A stretch of DNA of 64,000 nt from Cyanobacteria bacterium P01_A01_bin.123 (lineage in GTDB: Bacteria > Cyanobacteriota > Cyanobacteriia > Phormidesmidales > Phormidesmidaceae), in NCBI GenBank assembly GCA_039815185.1, contig JBCBZT010000016.1:1-64000 (forward strand). The letters are read 5' to 3'. Of the stretch, positions 49,427 through 58,827 are shown in pieces (position 1 is the stretch's first letter; the number at the start of each line of letters is the position of its first letter). The notes under the pieces are model-generated. The model was not told where the DNA came from. It made no database searches and saw only the letters and a list, made by a program, of their open reading frames with translations. The translations under genes were made by a program, and so were the position numbers.

Positions 49427-50641
49427 TTATAAGATCTCAAAATTGGGCAAAGGGACTAGTATAGCGCTGCTAAGACTCCTCGGCAGTCTCTTCAAGATTT
49501 GATCTTTATAACGCCAAGCAAGAATTATTATTGTATCAGGTGTATTTCTTTGCAATTCGGCAGAATTGCAAACCGGAATATGGAAGCCAGGACTATAGGT
49601 TCCAACTTTACCTGGGTTGTCATCTACTAAGTATGTCAAATACTTATTGAGCTGGAAGTGGGAAATCAGTGTTGTTGAAGTTGCAGAAGCGCCATAACCC
49701 ACAATAAGATGCGAAGAGTAAGCATCTAAATAGCCAATAAGCTGTTCCTGGACGACATCAATTCTGGACTGAAAGTCCCTGAAGATTTTGAGATTGATGT
49801 CGGCAGCCTGCTCGCGTTCTGTTAAAACTTTGACATTGGAAGTAACGCTCCATTTAGAGTTTTCTTTTGCCCAAAAATATCGAAGAGAGCCGCCTTTAGT
49901 CGGTACTTTTTCCAGGTGAATCAGGTGCATGCCAAACTTTTTAAAGAACTTGCTCAGCGGCAAAATCGAAAAGTAAGATAGATGCTCATGGTAGATAAAG
50001 TCAAATACCATATTGTTGATCATATCCAACAAATATGACGATTCAACAATTAAGACACCACCATCTCCTAGTACATGTTCAATGCCTGATGTGAATTCAC
50101 TGAGATCATCGATGTTTGCGAATAAGTTATTCACTGTAACTACATCGGCAAACCCATATTGATCAACGATCTTTGCTGCAAGTTCAGGACTGAAAAAGTT
50201 AGGTAGCGTCTCAATCCCACTGGCAGTCGCTTCATGAGCTGTATTGACTGAAGGTTCAACCCCCAAGACTTTGTGTCCTTTAGCTTTAAAGCTACGTAAC
50301 AATGTCCCATCATTACTGCCAATATCAATAACTAATTTCGAAGGCTCCAGTTTTAACTGCTGGCAAACGTCCTTTGCATATTGGTCGAAGTGTTTGTTTA
50401 GGCCTGAGGAACTCGTTGTGACATAAATATAGTCTCGGTAAATAATCTCAGGATCAACCACTGTATCAATCTGAACAAAGCCGCAATTCTTACAATGATG
50501 TAAGTTCAGGGGGTAAAAGCTCTGTGTTTTTTGTTCTTTAACATAGGCGTCGCAAAGGGGACTATCGCGAAGGGGTAGAACGAGTTGTAAGTCATGGCTA
50601 CCGCACAGTCGGCAAGTATCCCTTAGATAGAAATCCGGCAT
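49427..50641 (-). CDS. NDP-hexose C-methyltransferase (zinc-binding N-domain)
   Basis: CRLCG..C..CG, DIGSNDG, GVEPS, FD.IYHEHLSYF, GGSLR, YGAS, LAW. Confidence 0.88.
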   Translation of the reverse strand: MPDFYLRDTCRLCGSHDLQLVLPLRDSPLCDAYVKEQKTQSFYPLNLHHCKNCGFVQIDTVVDPEIIYRDYIYVTTSSSGLNKHFDQYAKDVCQQLKLEPSKLVIDIGSNDGTLLRSFKAKGHKVLGVEPSVNTAHEATASGIETLPNFFSPELAAKIVDQYGFADVVTVNNLFANIDDLSEFTSGIEHVLGDGGVLIVESSYLLDMINNMVFDFIYHEHLSYFSILPLSKFFKKFGMHLIHLEKVPTKGGSLRYFWAKENSKWSVTSNVKVLTEREQAADINLKIFRDFQSRIDVVQEQLIGYLDAYSSHLIVGYGASATSTTLISHFQLNKYLTYLVDDNPGKVGTYSPGFHIPVCNSAELQRNTPDTIIILAWRYKDQILKRLPRSLSSAILVPLPNFEIL

Positions 50642-50644
50642 GAC

Positions 50645-51166
50645 CTATATTTTCCTAAACTGGTTTAAAAAGGTCTCAACATCGTTGATGTCTGAATCGA
50701 CGGGACTCCAGTCCGCAAAAACCGTATCTTCTCTCTGAAAGGGCCCCTTGGTAATTTCTAAAAAAACGAGCCATTCTGATTGAATGATTAGCGTATGATA
50801 TATCGCTTCTCGAATGCTTTGGTAAAACGGCTTCCCAGATCGGTAATCGCCCATGCTAATAATTTCTTTAATACCTCCATCATTATTGAAAATAATATAA
50901 TCTACCGATCCCTCAATTACTAACATAGACTCAGGCTTGTTCAAGTGTTTATGAGGACGAACATAGGCATTCTTGGGATGAACAATGACCATCTCATGAA
51001 CGATTTCCTGGGCAGACGCATGGGCACAAAAGCGAACTCGCTGACGTGGGTTTAAACTAGCAGCCTGCTTGAGCTCGAGAATACTATTCTGATTCAGAGA
51101 GAATGATGGTTCTGAAGATAGATAGACCTCTGGAGATTGCTTTTTCTGATTTGATAAATTAAGCAT
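50645..51166 (-). CDS. WbuC-like cupin-fold metalloprotein
   Basis: PRQR.R.CAH, HEM.I, YVRPHKH..K.ES, YHT, E...GPF. Confidence 0.82.
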   Translation of the reverse strand: MLNLSNQKKQSPEVYLSSEPSFSLNQNSILELKQAASLNPRQRVRFCAHASAQEIVHEMVIVHPKNAYVRPHKHLNKPESMLVIEGSVDYIIFNNDGGIKEIISMGDYRSGKPFYQSIREAIYHTLIIQSEWLVFLEITKGPFQREDTVFADWSPVDSDINDVETFLNQFRKI

Positions 51167-52358
51167 AAATCAGACTTTTCCAAAATTCTGGAAGATAGCG
51201 ACTGGGCGGCAAAATAGAATAGTATTTCCCTGGAGGGAGCGCTTTTCTTGTGATTACCTTATGCTCGTTCTCTGTGTTTACACCTAAAAGAAATACATAG
51301 TCTCGATATTTGGATTCATTCCAACTATTAATCTCTAAATTTGAACCTGGCACGAAAAGATCTTGCTTCTCTAGTTGGTCATCAATAAAACAATCGATTA
51401 ATTCAGAAATTCCTGTAAAATTAACAAAAGTTGAAGATCTGGCACCGCATCCGTACATTGCTATCGGTGAACCCTGGCTCGATAAAAAATGGTGTAGTTT
51501 CTGTAGATATGATTCCCAACTTGCGCCGTAGTGCTTAATTTTATCTCTATCATAATTTATGTATTTATCACTGGAAGGCTTGTTGCTCGTTTGACGTTTT
51601 TCGCAGAATACGATGAGCGCTCTGCCAGAAAAGAGGGTGACTTCATGGTGGGTAATCACCAATGAGTGCTTGTGCAATAGCTGCTTCAATGTTTTCAGTG
51701 TGAAGTAGTTGACATGTTCTTCCCACAACGCATAGTCTAAATAATCTAAATTCCATTCGCTGTCGGGAATCTCAATAACAAAAATACCTTCTTCTTTCAA
51801 GATGTGATTGACGCCTAATAAGAAGTCGTCTAAATCAACAATGTGTTCTAAGACTTGTCTGGTTGTCACCACATCAAAACTACTTGGCGTATAAAATTTA
51901 TCCGCAGTTTCCTGGCTGAAAAAGCCGTGGTATACATCAAGACCAGCTTCCAATGCCTTTTCGGAAGCATCCTTAGTGGGTTCAATTCCTGAGACCCTAG
52001 CATAGCCTCTATGCTGAAGAGCTTTTAAGAAGCTACCGTCATTGCAACCAATGTCTAAAATTCCTGAACCACTTGTTATTCCGCCAATACTCTCTAAAAT
52101 ATCGATAAGCTTAGGAACATGAGGTTGGTTTTTCCAGCTGCTAATTGTGAAGTAGTTCTCATACAAAATATCAGGATCAATAGGCTCTGTAATTTGTAAG
52201 AATCCGCAAGTTTGGCAATTCCCTAATCGGAATGGATATCTTTTGGCTTGATCTTCAGGTGCTTTAAGTAAATTGTGGACGATTGGTTGACTGCCAAAAT
52301 CAATCAGGATTTCGACAGTATCATATCCACACAAACGGCAAACCATAGGTGATTCCAA
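51159..52358 (-). CDS. second NDP-hexose C-methyltransferase-like protein
   Basis: CRLCG..CQTCG, DIGCNDG, QVLEHI, EEHVNYF, YGCGAR, DD...KQ..F.PG. Confidence 0.85.
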   Translation of the reverse strand: MESPMVCRLCGYDTVEILIDFGSQPIVHNLLKAPEDQAKRYPFRLGNCQTCGFLQITEPIDPDILYENYFTISSWKNQPHVPKLIDILESIGGITSGSGILDIGCNDGSFLKALQHRGYARVSGIEPTKDASEKALEAGLDVYHGFFSQETADKFYTPSSFDVVTTRQVLEHIVDLDDFLLGVNHILKEEGIFVIEIPDSEWNLDYLDYALWEEHVNYFTLKTLKQLLHKHSLVITHHEVTLFSGRALIVFCEKRQTSNKPSSDKYINYDRDKIKHYGASWESYLQKLHHFLSSQGSPIAMYGCGARSSTFVNFTGISELIDCFIDDQLEKQDLFVPGSNLEINSWNESKYRDYVFLLGVNTENEHKVITRKALPPGKYYSILPPSRYLPEFWKSLIYA

Positions 52359-52387
52359 GCTTATTTTGTTAAAGACTTAAAAATTAA

Positions 52388-53068
52388 TTATTCAAAAAAA
52401 ATGAACTCATAGTCTCCGGTGTATCCAAAGTGTCGATAAAGCCAAATCCATTCGGATACATCAAAGAAAGATTCTGCCGTGAGTGCCCAGCATTGAAGAT
52501 TGAACTGTTCTTGCTCATTACGATAGCTCTCGAGCATGACATAACTTTGTTGCCCAATGCGCTCAACTTCTTGTAAGGCAGACTTTAACTCAAACAACCG
52601 CAGGTTGTGCAGCGTTCCTAAGGAAATTACCAGATCAAACTCATCGTCTTCAAAGGGATAGGGATCTTGAGCCTTATGCTTAAACAAGAAAGAGGAAACT
52701 TCTGACTTGGCATTAGCTAGCCCGTGTGTGGAAATATCAAACCCGCAAACTATTAGGTTAGGCTGCAGTTTTTGGAGTTCATATAGCAAAAATCCCTTAC
52801 CACACCCAACGTCTAGCACCTTTGAGCCAGGCCCTAACCCATAGGTTTGAATCAGGGCTTCGGCAACCGATTGCCATCGCCCTGGAATATAGTGGTAACC
52901 TCCATAACCATAGCGCCGATCGCCATCCCAATAATCCACCTCATACTGCTTGGCGATCTTCATGCAGTGAACTTTCTCGTCGATCATTCGAGCTAAATAG
53001 TTACGCTGAGTCGCCTTGTGTAAGGGTGTGACAAAGTTACGCAGTTGCCCCAATGGGAGTCTCCTCAT
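52388..53068 (-). CDS. class I SAM-dependent methyltransferase
   Basis: DYWDGDRRYGYGGY, LDVGCGKGFL, FDLVIS..TLHNL. Confidence 0.88.
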   Translation of the reverse strand: MRRLPLGQLRNFVTPLHKATQRNYLARMIDEKVHCMKIAKQYEVDYWDGDRRYGYGGYHYIPGRWQSVAEALIQTYGLGPGSKVLDVGCGKGFLLYELQKLQPNLIVCGFDISTHGLANAKSEVSSFLFKHKAQDPYPFEDDEFDLVISLGTLHNLRLFELKSALQEVERIGQQSYVMLESYRNEQEQFNLQCWALTAESFFDVSEWIWLYRHFGYTGDYEFIFFE

Positions 53069-53483
53069 TAGACAATGATGAATGGGGTAACGTCACCAGG
53101 CAGTACGGTAGCGTCTGGCGGATTTGCCAAAGCGTTTCAATGCGATCGCGCTCTTGATCATCTTCTATGGATAACCCCTCAACCGCAAAATATAGCCCCT
53201 TACCGGAACCCAGAATCTGGTCATAGACTCGCTGGCGGTCAGTCCTATTCTCCGGTAGTTGAAACAAACTGTAAGCTACTATCCCATCCATAGTAGAAAG
53301 CTCATTCAACACTTGTTCAAGCATTAAGTGGCATCCTGCCATAGCATATTCTGCTGCACTAAGTAGATATTGAAAATGATTGCGATCGCAGTAGTCTCGA
53401 ATCACCAAATTCTGGACATGCTGCGGCACCCGCTCTCCCATAAATGGACGACTAAAGATGTAGCCCTTGACTTTCTTACTCAT
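53037..53483 (-). CDS. sporadic carbohydrate cluster protein (resembles LIC12192 family)
   Basis: GYIFSRPFMGERVPQHVQN.VIRDYC, YLLS..EY.M; adjacent to the 2OG oxygenase; family assignment from memory. Confidence 0.75.
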   Translation of the reverse strand: MSKKVKGYIFSRPFMGERVPQHVQNLVIRDYCDRNHFQYLLSAAEYAMAGCHLMLEQVLNELSTMDGIVAYSLFQLPENRTDRQRVYDQILGSGKGLYFAVEGLSIEDDQERDRIETLWQIRQTLPYCLVTLPHSSLSNEETPIGATA

Positions 53484-54277
53484 GAATTTGGCAAGCGATA
53501 ATCCATTCCTGCTCGGGACGCAGCCCGGAGCGTAATCGGTTCAAAGAACTCACCAATCTTTTTATCCTTATAAGGCGTAAACACGCCCTTAAAGCGGCAA
53601 TTCATTGACCACCGAGTCTCAGTTTCGGTGTTGATTCGATTCCCGTGGGGTAACCCCTGGTTAAAGATCAATACCTGTCCATAATCCACCTTGAGCCATT
53701 TCACCTCAGACGCGATCGCTTGATAAAGCTCTTCACTACTAGCCCCTGCCTTTTCCTGAAAGGACTGGTTTAAGCGCCGTGTCGGCTCTGGCGGCAGCAG
53801 ATACATCGCTTTCGTACCGTAGCAATCCACCAAAGGTATCCACACCACCACTTCAAACGGGGAATCCCCAGACCAAGTATCTGCATGGACAGGTAATAAA
53901 GAGCTATCATCTCCCGGGTATTGAATACTTAAATTTACCCGCAGTTGCATAGCCAACTCGTTACCGACTAGCGCTTCCAAATAGGGCTGTGCCACTCGAA
54001 AGTACATCCAACGGAACTTTTCTAGCGTATTCATTCCCCGAATGATGCGCAGCCGAAAGGGATTCAGCTCTACCACAGGCGCCCATTGATGAATAGAATT
54101 TAATAATTCAGCGCCGCCCTGCTTCTGCTTCTGCTCAATATTGCCGTGAATTAAACTGATTATCTGCTCTCGAAGCCACTCCAACGCTGCTAAATCAGTC
54201 ACAGGTCTAATAATATATCCCTGCTGCAGATATTCCTCAGAAATCTGCTGATCTGCTGCTGATAAAAACATGATCAA
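53480..54277 (-). CDS. 2OG-Fe(II) oxygenase of the sporadic carbohydrate cluster type (PhyH-like)
   Basis: HAD (HxD) in LLPVHADTWSG, distal HGN, and R in ETRWSMNCRFK. Confidence 0.85.
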   Translation of the reverse strand: MIMFLSAADQQISEEYLQQGYIIRPVTDLAALEWLREQIISLIHGNIEQKQKQGGAELLNSIHQWAPVVELNPFRLRIIRGMNTLEKFRWMYFRVAQPYLEALVGNELAMQLRVNLSIQYPGDDSSLLPVHADTWSGDSPFEVVVWIPLVDCYGTKAMYLLPPEPTRRLNQSFQEKAGASSEELYQAIASEVKWLKVDYGQVLIFNQGLPHGNRINTETETRWSMNCRFKGVFTPYKDKKIGEFFEPITLRAASRAGMDYRLPNS

Positions 54278-55203
54278 CGCTTAATGAGTTGCTTACTCAT
54301 AACATCACGTAGCGTTTTAACAGTAATCCCCCAATGCTTCAGTAATGAGTTTTGGCTACCATACTGATCCGAGAAACGATCAGGAATGCCGATTCGTCTG
54401 ATCTTGGCCGCTTGCTCTGGCAAATGATCGCTGCAAAGTTCCAATACTGCACTACCTAAGCCCCCAATACGCGTATGCTCCTCGACAGTTACAACCCTTT
54501 CAACCTGAGGTAGCCATCGGCTTATAATCTCCTGGTCTAAAGGTTTAATGGTATGGAAATGCAGCACTCCACAAGTAATATCCTCTACCTGTAACTGTTC
54601 CGCAGCCTCAAGAGCCAGTTGAGTCATCACGCCTGTGGTGATAAACAACCCTTCGCCTGGTTCTCGTAATAATGTGCCCTTACCTATTTCAGAGCCAAGT
54701 TCAGTTTGACTAACAATTTTATCCCCGCCCTTAGCCAAGCGAATATAGATAGGATGGGGCCAATCCACTGTCTGTGGCATCAAACGTCCCATTTCTTCTG
54801 CGTCACAAGGGGCCAAGATCGTCATATTAGGTAGCGATCGCAGAAGAGAAATATCTTCAACTGCCAGATGCGTTGGCCCTAGAGGGGCATAAACGACTCC
54901 GCCACCATTAGCAATGAGCCGAACGGGCAAATCTTGAAGACATAAATCTAAGGCTATCTGCTCATAACAACGTCGAGTTAAAAAGGTGGCGATGGTATTG
55001 ACGTAAGGAATCAATCCCTCTATGGCTAACCCAGCCGCCATGCCGATGATATGCTGCTCACTCACCCCTTCCATGAAAAAACGATCAGGCATAGCAGCCT
55101 TCATGTCAGCCAGCACACCCGATCCTAGATCAGAACCGATGAAAACAATTCGTTCATCGCTCTTGGCCAATTCATACACACTATTTAATGCTGTTCTACG
55201 CAT
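54274..55203 (-). CDS. transketolase C-terminal subunit
   Basis: G.SEQH..G.AAGLA, GPTH, P.YIRL, VEEH...GGLG. Confidence 0.93.
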   Translation of the reverse strand: MRRTALNSVYELAKSDERIVFIGSDLGSGVLADMKAAMPDRFFMEGVSEQHIIGMAAGLAIEGLIPYVNTIATFLTRRCYEQIALDLCLQDLPVRLIANGGGVVYAPLGPTHLAVEDISLLRSLPNMTILAPCDAEEMGRLMPQTVDWPHPIYIRLAKGGDKIVSQTELGSEIGKGTLLREPGEGLFITTGVMTQLALEAAEQLQVEDITCGVLHFHTIKPLDQEIISRWLPQVERVVTVEEHTRIGGLGSAVLELCSDHLPEQAAKIRRIGIPDRFSDQYGSQNSLLKHWGITVKTLRDVMSKQLIKR

Positions 55204-55212
55204 AGAATTTGA

Positions 55213-56019
55213 TCACACCAGACACTCATACATGGCAGCAATTTGCGCTTCACTAAGACGAGACTTGTGATGCCACTCTGGTTTACTTTCAGCAAAGGAC
55301 AGCCCTTTGCCCTTAACCGTATGGCAAATGATCGCAGTTGGTTTTTGGACATTTAAGGGTAAGCGATTGAGCAAATGCTCCAGCGCGGCAACATCATGAC
55401 CGTCAACCTCTTCTACTTCAAAACCAAAGCTCCGCCACTTGTCGGTCAAGGGTTCTAAATCCAAAACCTCTTGAGTAGGCCCGTAGGACTGAAGCTTGTT
55501 ATAGTCAACCAATACTGTCAGATTAGACAGTTTGTGTTTAGCCGCTGACATCGCAGCTTCCCACACTGAACCCTCGTTAATCTCGCCATCGCCAGTGACG
55601 ACCACCACTCGTTGGAGTTGATGTCGAATTTTTGCTGCTAAGGCCATACCTACGCCCATCGGCAAGCCATGACCCAATGCCCCCGTGGATGCCTCAATCC
55701 CCGGAACTTTTCCGCGTTCAGGATGACCACCCAGGCGAGAAGTTGATTTCCCAAAAGTTGCTAGTTCTTCCTTCGGAAAAAATCCTTTGTCGGTCAAAAT
55801 TGCATATAGCGCCAGACAACCATGACCCTTACTTAGAATAAAGCGATCGCGTTCTACCCAGTCAGGCTCATCAGGGCGATACTGCAAAAAAGAATCGTAG
55901 AGTACCCGCAAGACTTCAATAAGTGAAAGGGCAGGGCCAATATGCCCTCGCCCCCCGACTTCAATCATCTGGATGACCAGTCGACGAAGATCTTTAGACC
56001 GTTTATCCAAAAGCGTCAT
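55213..56019 (-). CDS. transketolase N-terminal (TPP-binding) subunit
   Basis: GHIG, DRFILSKGH, STGALGHG, GDGEINEG..WE..N, TVKGKG. Confidence 0.93.
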   Translation of the reverse strand: MTLLDKRSKDLRRLVIQMIEVGGRGHIGPALSLIEVLRVLYDSFLQYRPDEPDWVERDRFILSKGHGCLALYAILTDKGFFPKEELATFGKSTSRLGGHPERGKVPGIEASTGALGHGLPMGVGMALAAKIRHQLQRVVVVTGDGEINEGSVWEAAMSAAKHKLSNLTVLVDYNKLQSYGPTQEVLDLEPLTDKWRSFGFEVEEVDGHDVAALEHLLNRLPLNVQKPTAIICHTVKGKGLSFAESKPEWHHKSRLSEAQIAAMYECLV

Positions 56020-57716
56020 AGCCCCAAATGATCAGAAACGAGTTGCCTGTAGCCTAAGCGCAAATCCTTGAGAAGGGCGATCGCCTTTCCGAGCTGGATT
56101 TGTAGGATGTGCGCTTTCTCATCAGCTTTTGAACTGTCTGCCAACAAGCGCCGATGCCAGATTTCAGGCCGATAATCATTTAGCAGAATTAAGCACCAAA
56201 TTAATCCATACAGTGGCAAAGTCACTTGTAACCGAGGCACGATATGCTCACCATATATCTTCAAGCAGCCCTTCATCCATATCTGTTTTTGCAGTTCAGA
56301 CAAACGCATACCAGGATGAAAGACGAAGTCTGAAATCAGCTTTGTCGGATCATCCCAACCAAAATATTCGAAATCAATAAAGGTTATCGTTTCCGCCTGA
56401 GACTGAATCATATTGTGAAAACCAAAATCTGAAGGGCTTAGGGTTTGCTTGTCTCTAGGTAAAGCTTTATCAAATGCCGCGCCTGATTTTAGCCAGTTTT
56501 GTTTAACCCAAGCTGTAATTTCTCCCAATAGAGGTTCAAAGCTATGTTTAAAGAAGTTGTCAAGCTCTGAATGATTAGTTCTAGAGATCCTAAACTGTTC
56601 CAGGCGAACGCTAATTTGATTAGTAATATCAACACCACTCAAGCAGGCAGCAGATGCAAGCGGAAATTGTTTCCAAGATTTATCCTGACGATTTCCATGT
56701 AATTGGTCTATAAACGTTAAGCACAAGTGAATATGGTCTAAGTCAGTTTCATTCAAAGGATAACCGTCTATCCATTCATAGACACCAATACCCAAATCTG
56801 AATTCACATATATAGGCTTTGGCAAATGGTGCATCCCTTGCTTTAGAAGGTTAGAAATACCAAAAAACTCAGATCTAATTCGATCATGGTTTGGATCTAT
56901 TGGATAGACTTTAAGTTTTACAGTGGTTCCATCCCCAACAACACAGCTACTATCAGAGCCAACCCTAGCTTTATCATCTGTAGATAGGTCTACTCGATAG
57001 ACACCTGCATTTCCACCCTGCTTTAGTGGGTATACTGCTTCAACCCGTTGGTTAGTAAAGCGCTTACTCAAATTGACAATATCGCTTTGAGTCCAATGCC
57101 CGTTGATCTGACTATCAACTGCTTGCCAAGTTGAGGTAATGGTGACCGCTGACTGGCGCAAGTCAGCATCTTCGGAAAACTGAAGGTTAGGAGAAAACAG
57201 AATTTTCGTTAGCGCAAGCTCTTTTAAGCCCTCAAGAACTTCTGGCAAATCATCAATAAAAACGTCTAGATTGAGAGTCCTAATTCGATGCAGCTTTTCT
57301 GTTCGAGTACTTTCAAAAAAAAGTTGATGTAGGAAGGGTGATTGAGCTGCCAATAAGCCATGCTTTTTTAAGCAATCCCGTGCCGCTACTCTCAATGGTG
57401 TCCGAGAAGAGTCAAAATGACCATATTCGGTTTTGTGACTCACCACGATAACTTGATGGGCCCGTTGTTGACAACGCCAGAGAAATCGCTTAACGCCCGG
57501 AAACAGATCGGCATGATCGACTATACAGACTCCATAGGCTAAACCTTGAAGTCGCTGCCACAATAACTCTCCGTCGGGTTTAGATCTTGCGAAACTACGA
57601 ATTTGTTGTTTTGTCTTGACCTCATTGGGTAAAACCAGGTTCAATTGGGCTGCCGCAGCTAAAAATGCCCTGTCATACTTCAAAAGCGTGTTGTCTAAGT
57701 CAACACCAATTCTCAT
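56016..57716 (-). CDS. fusion of a HAD-like domain and an aminoglycoside/choline-kinase-type phosphotransferase domain
   Basis: DLDNT and FIDDL (HAD motifs); GGN..VY, SPSDFGFHN, IDFEYFGWDDP (APH motifs); start placed at MRIGVD. Confidence 0.75.
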   Translation of the reverse strand: MRIGVDLDNTLLKYDRAFLAAAAQLNLVLPNEVKTKQQIRSFARSKPDGELLWQRLQGLAYGVCIVDHADLFPGVKRFLWRCQQRAHQVIVVSHKTEYGHFDSSRTPLRVAARDCLKKHGLLAAQSPFLHQLFFESTRTEKLHRIRTLNLDVFIDDLPEVLEGLKELALTKILFSPNLQFSEDADLRQSAVTITSTWQAVDSQINGHWTQSDIVNLSKRFTNQRVEAVYPLKQGGNAGVYRVDLSTDDKARVGSDSSCVVGDGTTVKLKVYPIDPNHDRIRSEFFGISNLLKQGMHHLPKPIYVNSDLGIGVYEWIDGYPLNETDLDHIHLCLTFIDQLHGNRQDKSWKQFPLASAACLSGVDITNQISVRLEQFRISRTNHSELDNFFKHSFEPLLGEITAWVKQNWLKSGAAFDKALPRDKQTLSPSDFGFHNMIQSQAETITFIDFEYFGWDDPTKLISDFVFHPGMRLSELQKQIWMKGCLKIYGEHIVPRLQVTLPLYGLIWCLILLNDYRPEIWHRRLLADSSKADEKAHILQIQLGKAIALLKDLRLGYRQLVSDHLGL

Positions 57717-57717
57717 G

Positions 57718-58827
57718 CTAGAGGAAAAATCTGTTGAGTTGATTGGCAATGTCAATAACATCCTGCGCTTGTAGATATTGATGAATCGGCAGGGTTAAAA
57801 TCTTGGCAGCTTGATGCTCAGTAGATGGAAAGCTACCGGAGCCATAATTCAGGTCTTTAGACGCGGGTTGTAAATGAATGGGAACCGGATAATGGATTGC
57901 AGTTTCGATGCCATGATCTGACAAATAAGCTTTCAAGCCCTCTCTCTGATCAGTTTGAATCACGAAGGTATGGTAAGTATTAAACTCTTCTGGCTGATCT
58001 TCAGGGATAAATGCATGGGTTTGATCAATAGTCTGTCGGTAAAGGGATGCATTTCGCCTGCGTTTTTCAATAACCCCCTCAAGCTCAGTCAGCCGATAAC
58101 GAAGAATTGCGGCTTGTAAAGTATCCATTCGAGATACATATCCAAAGCGCTCTACGGTATTTCGGTCTACCATGCCATGATTCCGCATCGAACGAATCTG
58201 ACTGGCGATCGCGTCATCATCTGTTACTAAAAAACCAGCATCACCACAAGCATTCAAATTTTTCAAAGGATGTGCTGAAAAACAACCGACCTTACCCCAC
58301 CGACCACTGGGAATCCCCTGATATTTTGAGCCAATAGACTGAGCTGCATCTTCAATGACCGGAATGCCATAACGATTAGCAATTTCCATAATCTGATCCA
58401 TCCGTGCCATGCGCCCTGTCAAGTGGACGGGCATGATCGCTTTAGTCCGCGATGTAATAGCTTGTTCAATTTTCTCAGGATCAATATTTTGATCAAGTAA
58501 CACATCTGCAAACACTGGTTTGGCCCGCAAATGCACAATCGCTGCTGTGGATGCAATGAAAGAATTCGGGGGCGTAATCACTTCATCGCCTGGTTTAACA
58601 CCTAGGGCTAATAACCCGCATACCAAAGCATCTGTTCCACTGTTTAGTGCAACACAGTGCTTAGTCTGACACAACGTTGCTGCTTGATTTTCAAACTCTT
58701 CAATGATCGAACCGCCAACATATTGGCCCGAAGCGAGCACCGCTTCTACAATGGGTAAGAGGTCATCACGCTCAGCTTGCCATTGGGCGGCTAGATTGAC
58801 GTAAGGGACTGTCTGCATCAAATTCAA
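57718..58827 (-). CDS. DegT/DnrJ/EryC1/StrS aminotransferase
   Basis: NSGTDAL, PVHLTG, EDAAQ, FSAHPLKNLN, HYP.PIH. Confidence 0.93.
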   Translation of the reverse strand: MNLMQTVPYVNLAAQWQAERDDLLPIVEAVLASGQYVGGSIIEEFENQAATLCQTKHCVALNSGTDALVCGLLALGVKPGDEVITPPNSFIASTAAIVHLRAKPVFADVLLDQNIDPEKIEQAITSRTKAIMPVHLTGRMARMDQIMEIANRYGIPVIEDAAQSIGSKYQGIPSGRWGKVGCFSAHPLKNLNACGDAGFLVTDDDAIASQIRSMRNHGMVDRNTVERFGYVSRMDTLQAAILRYRLTELEGVIEKRRRNASLYRQTIDQTHAFIPEDQPEEFNTYHTFVIQTDQREGLKAYLSDHGIETAIHYPVPIHLQPASKDLNYGSGSFPSTEHQAAKILTLPIHQYLQAQDVIDIANQLNRFFL

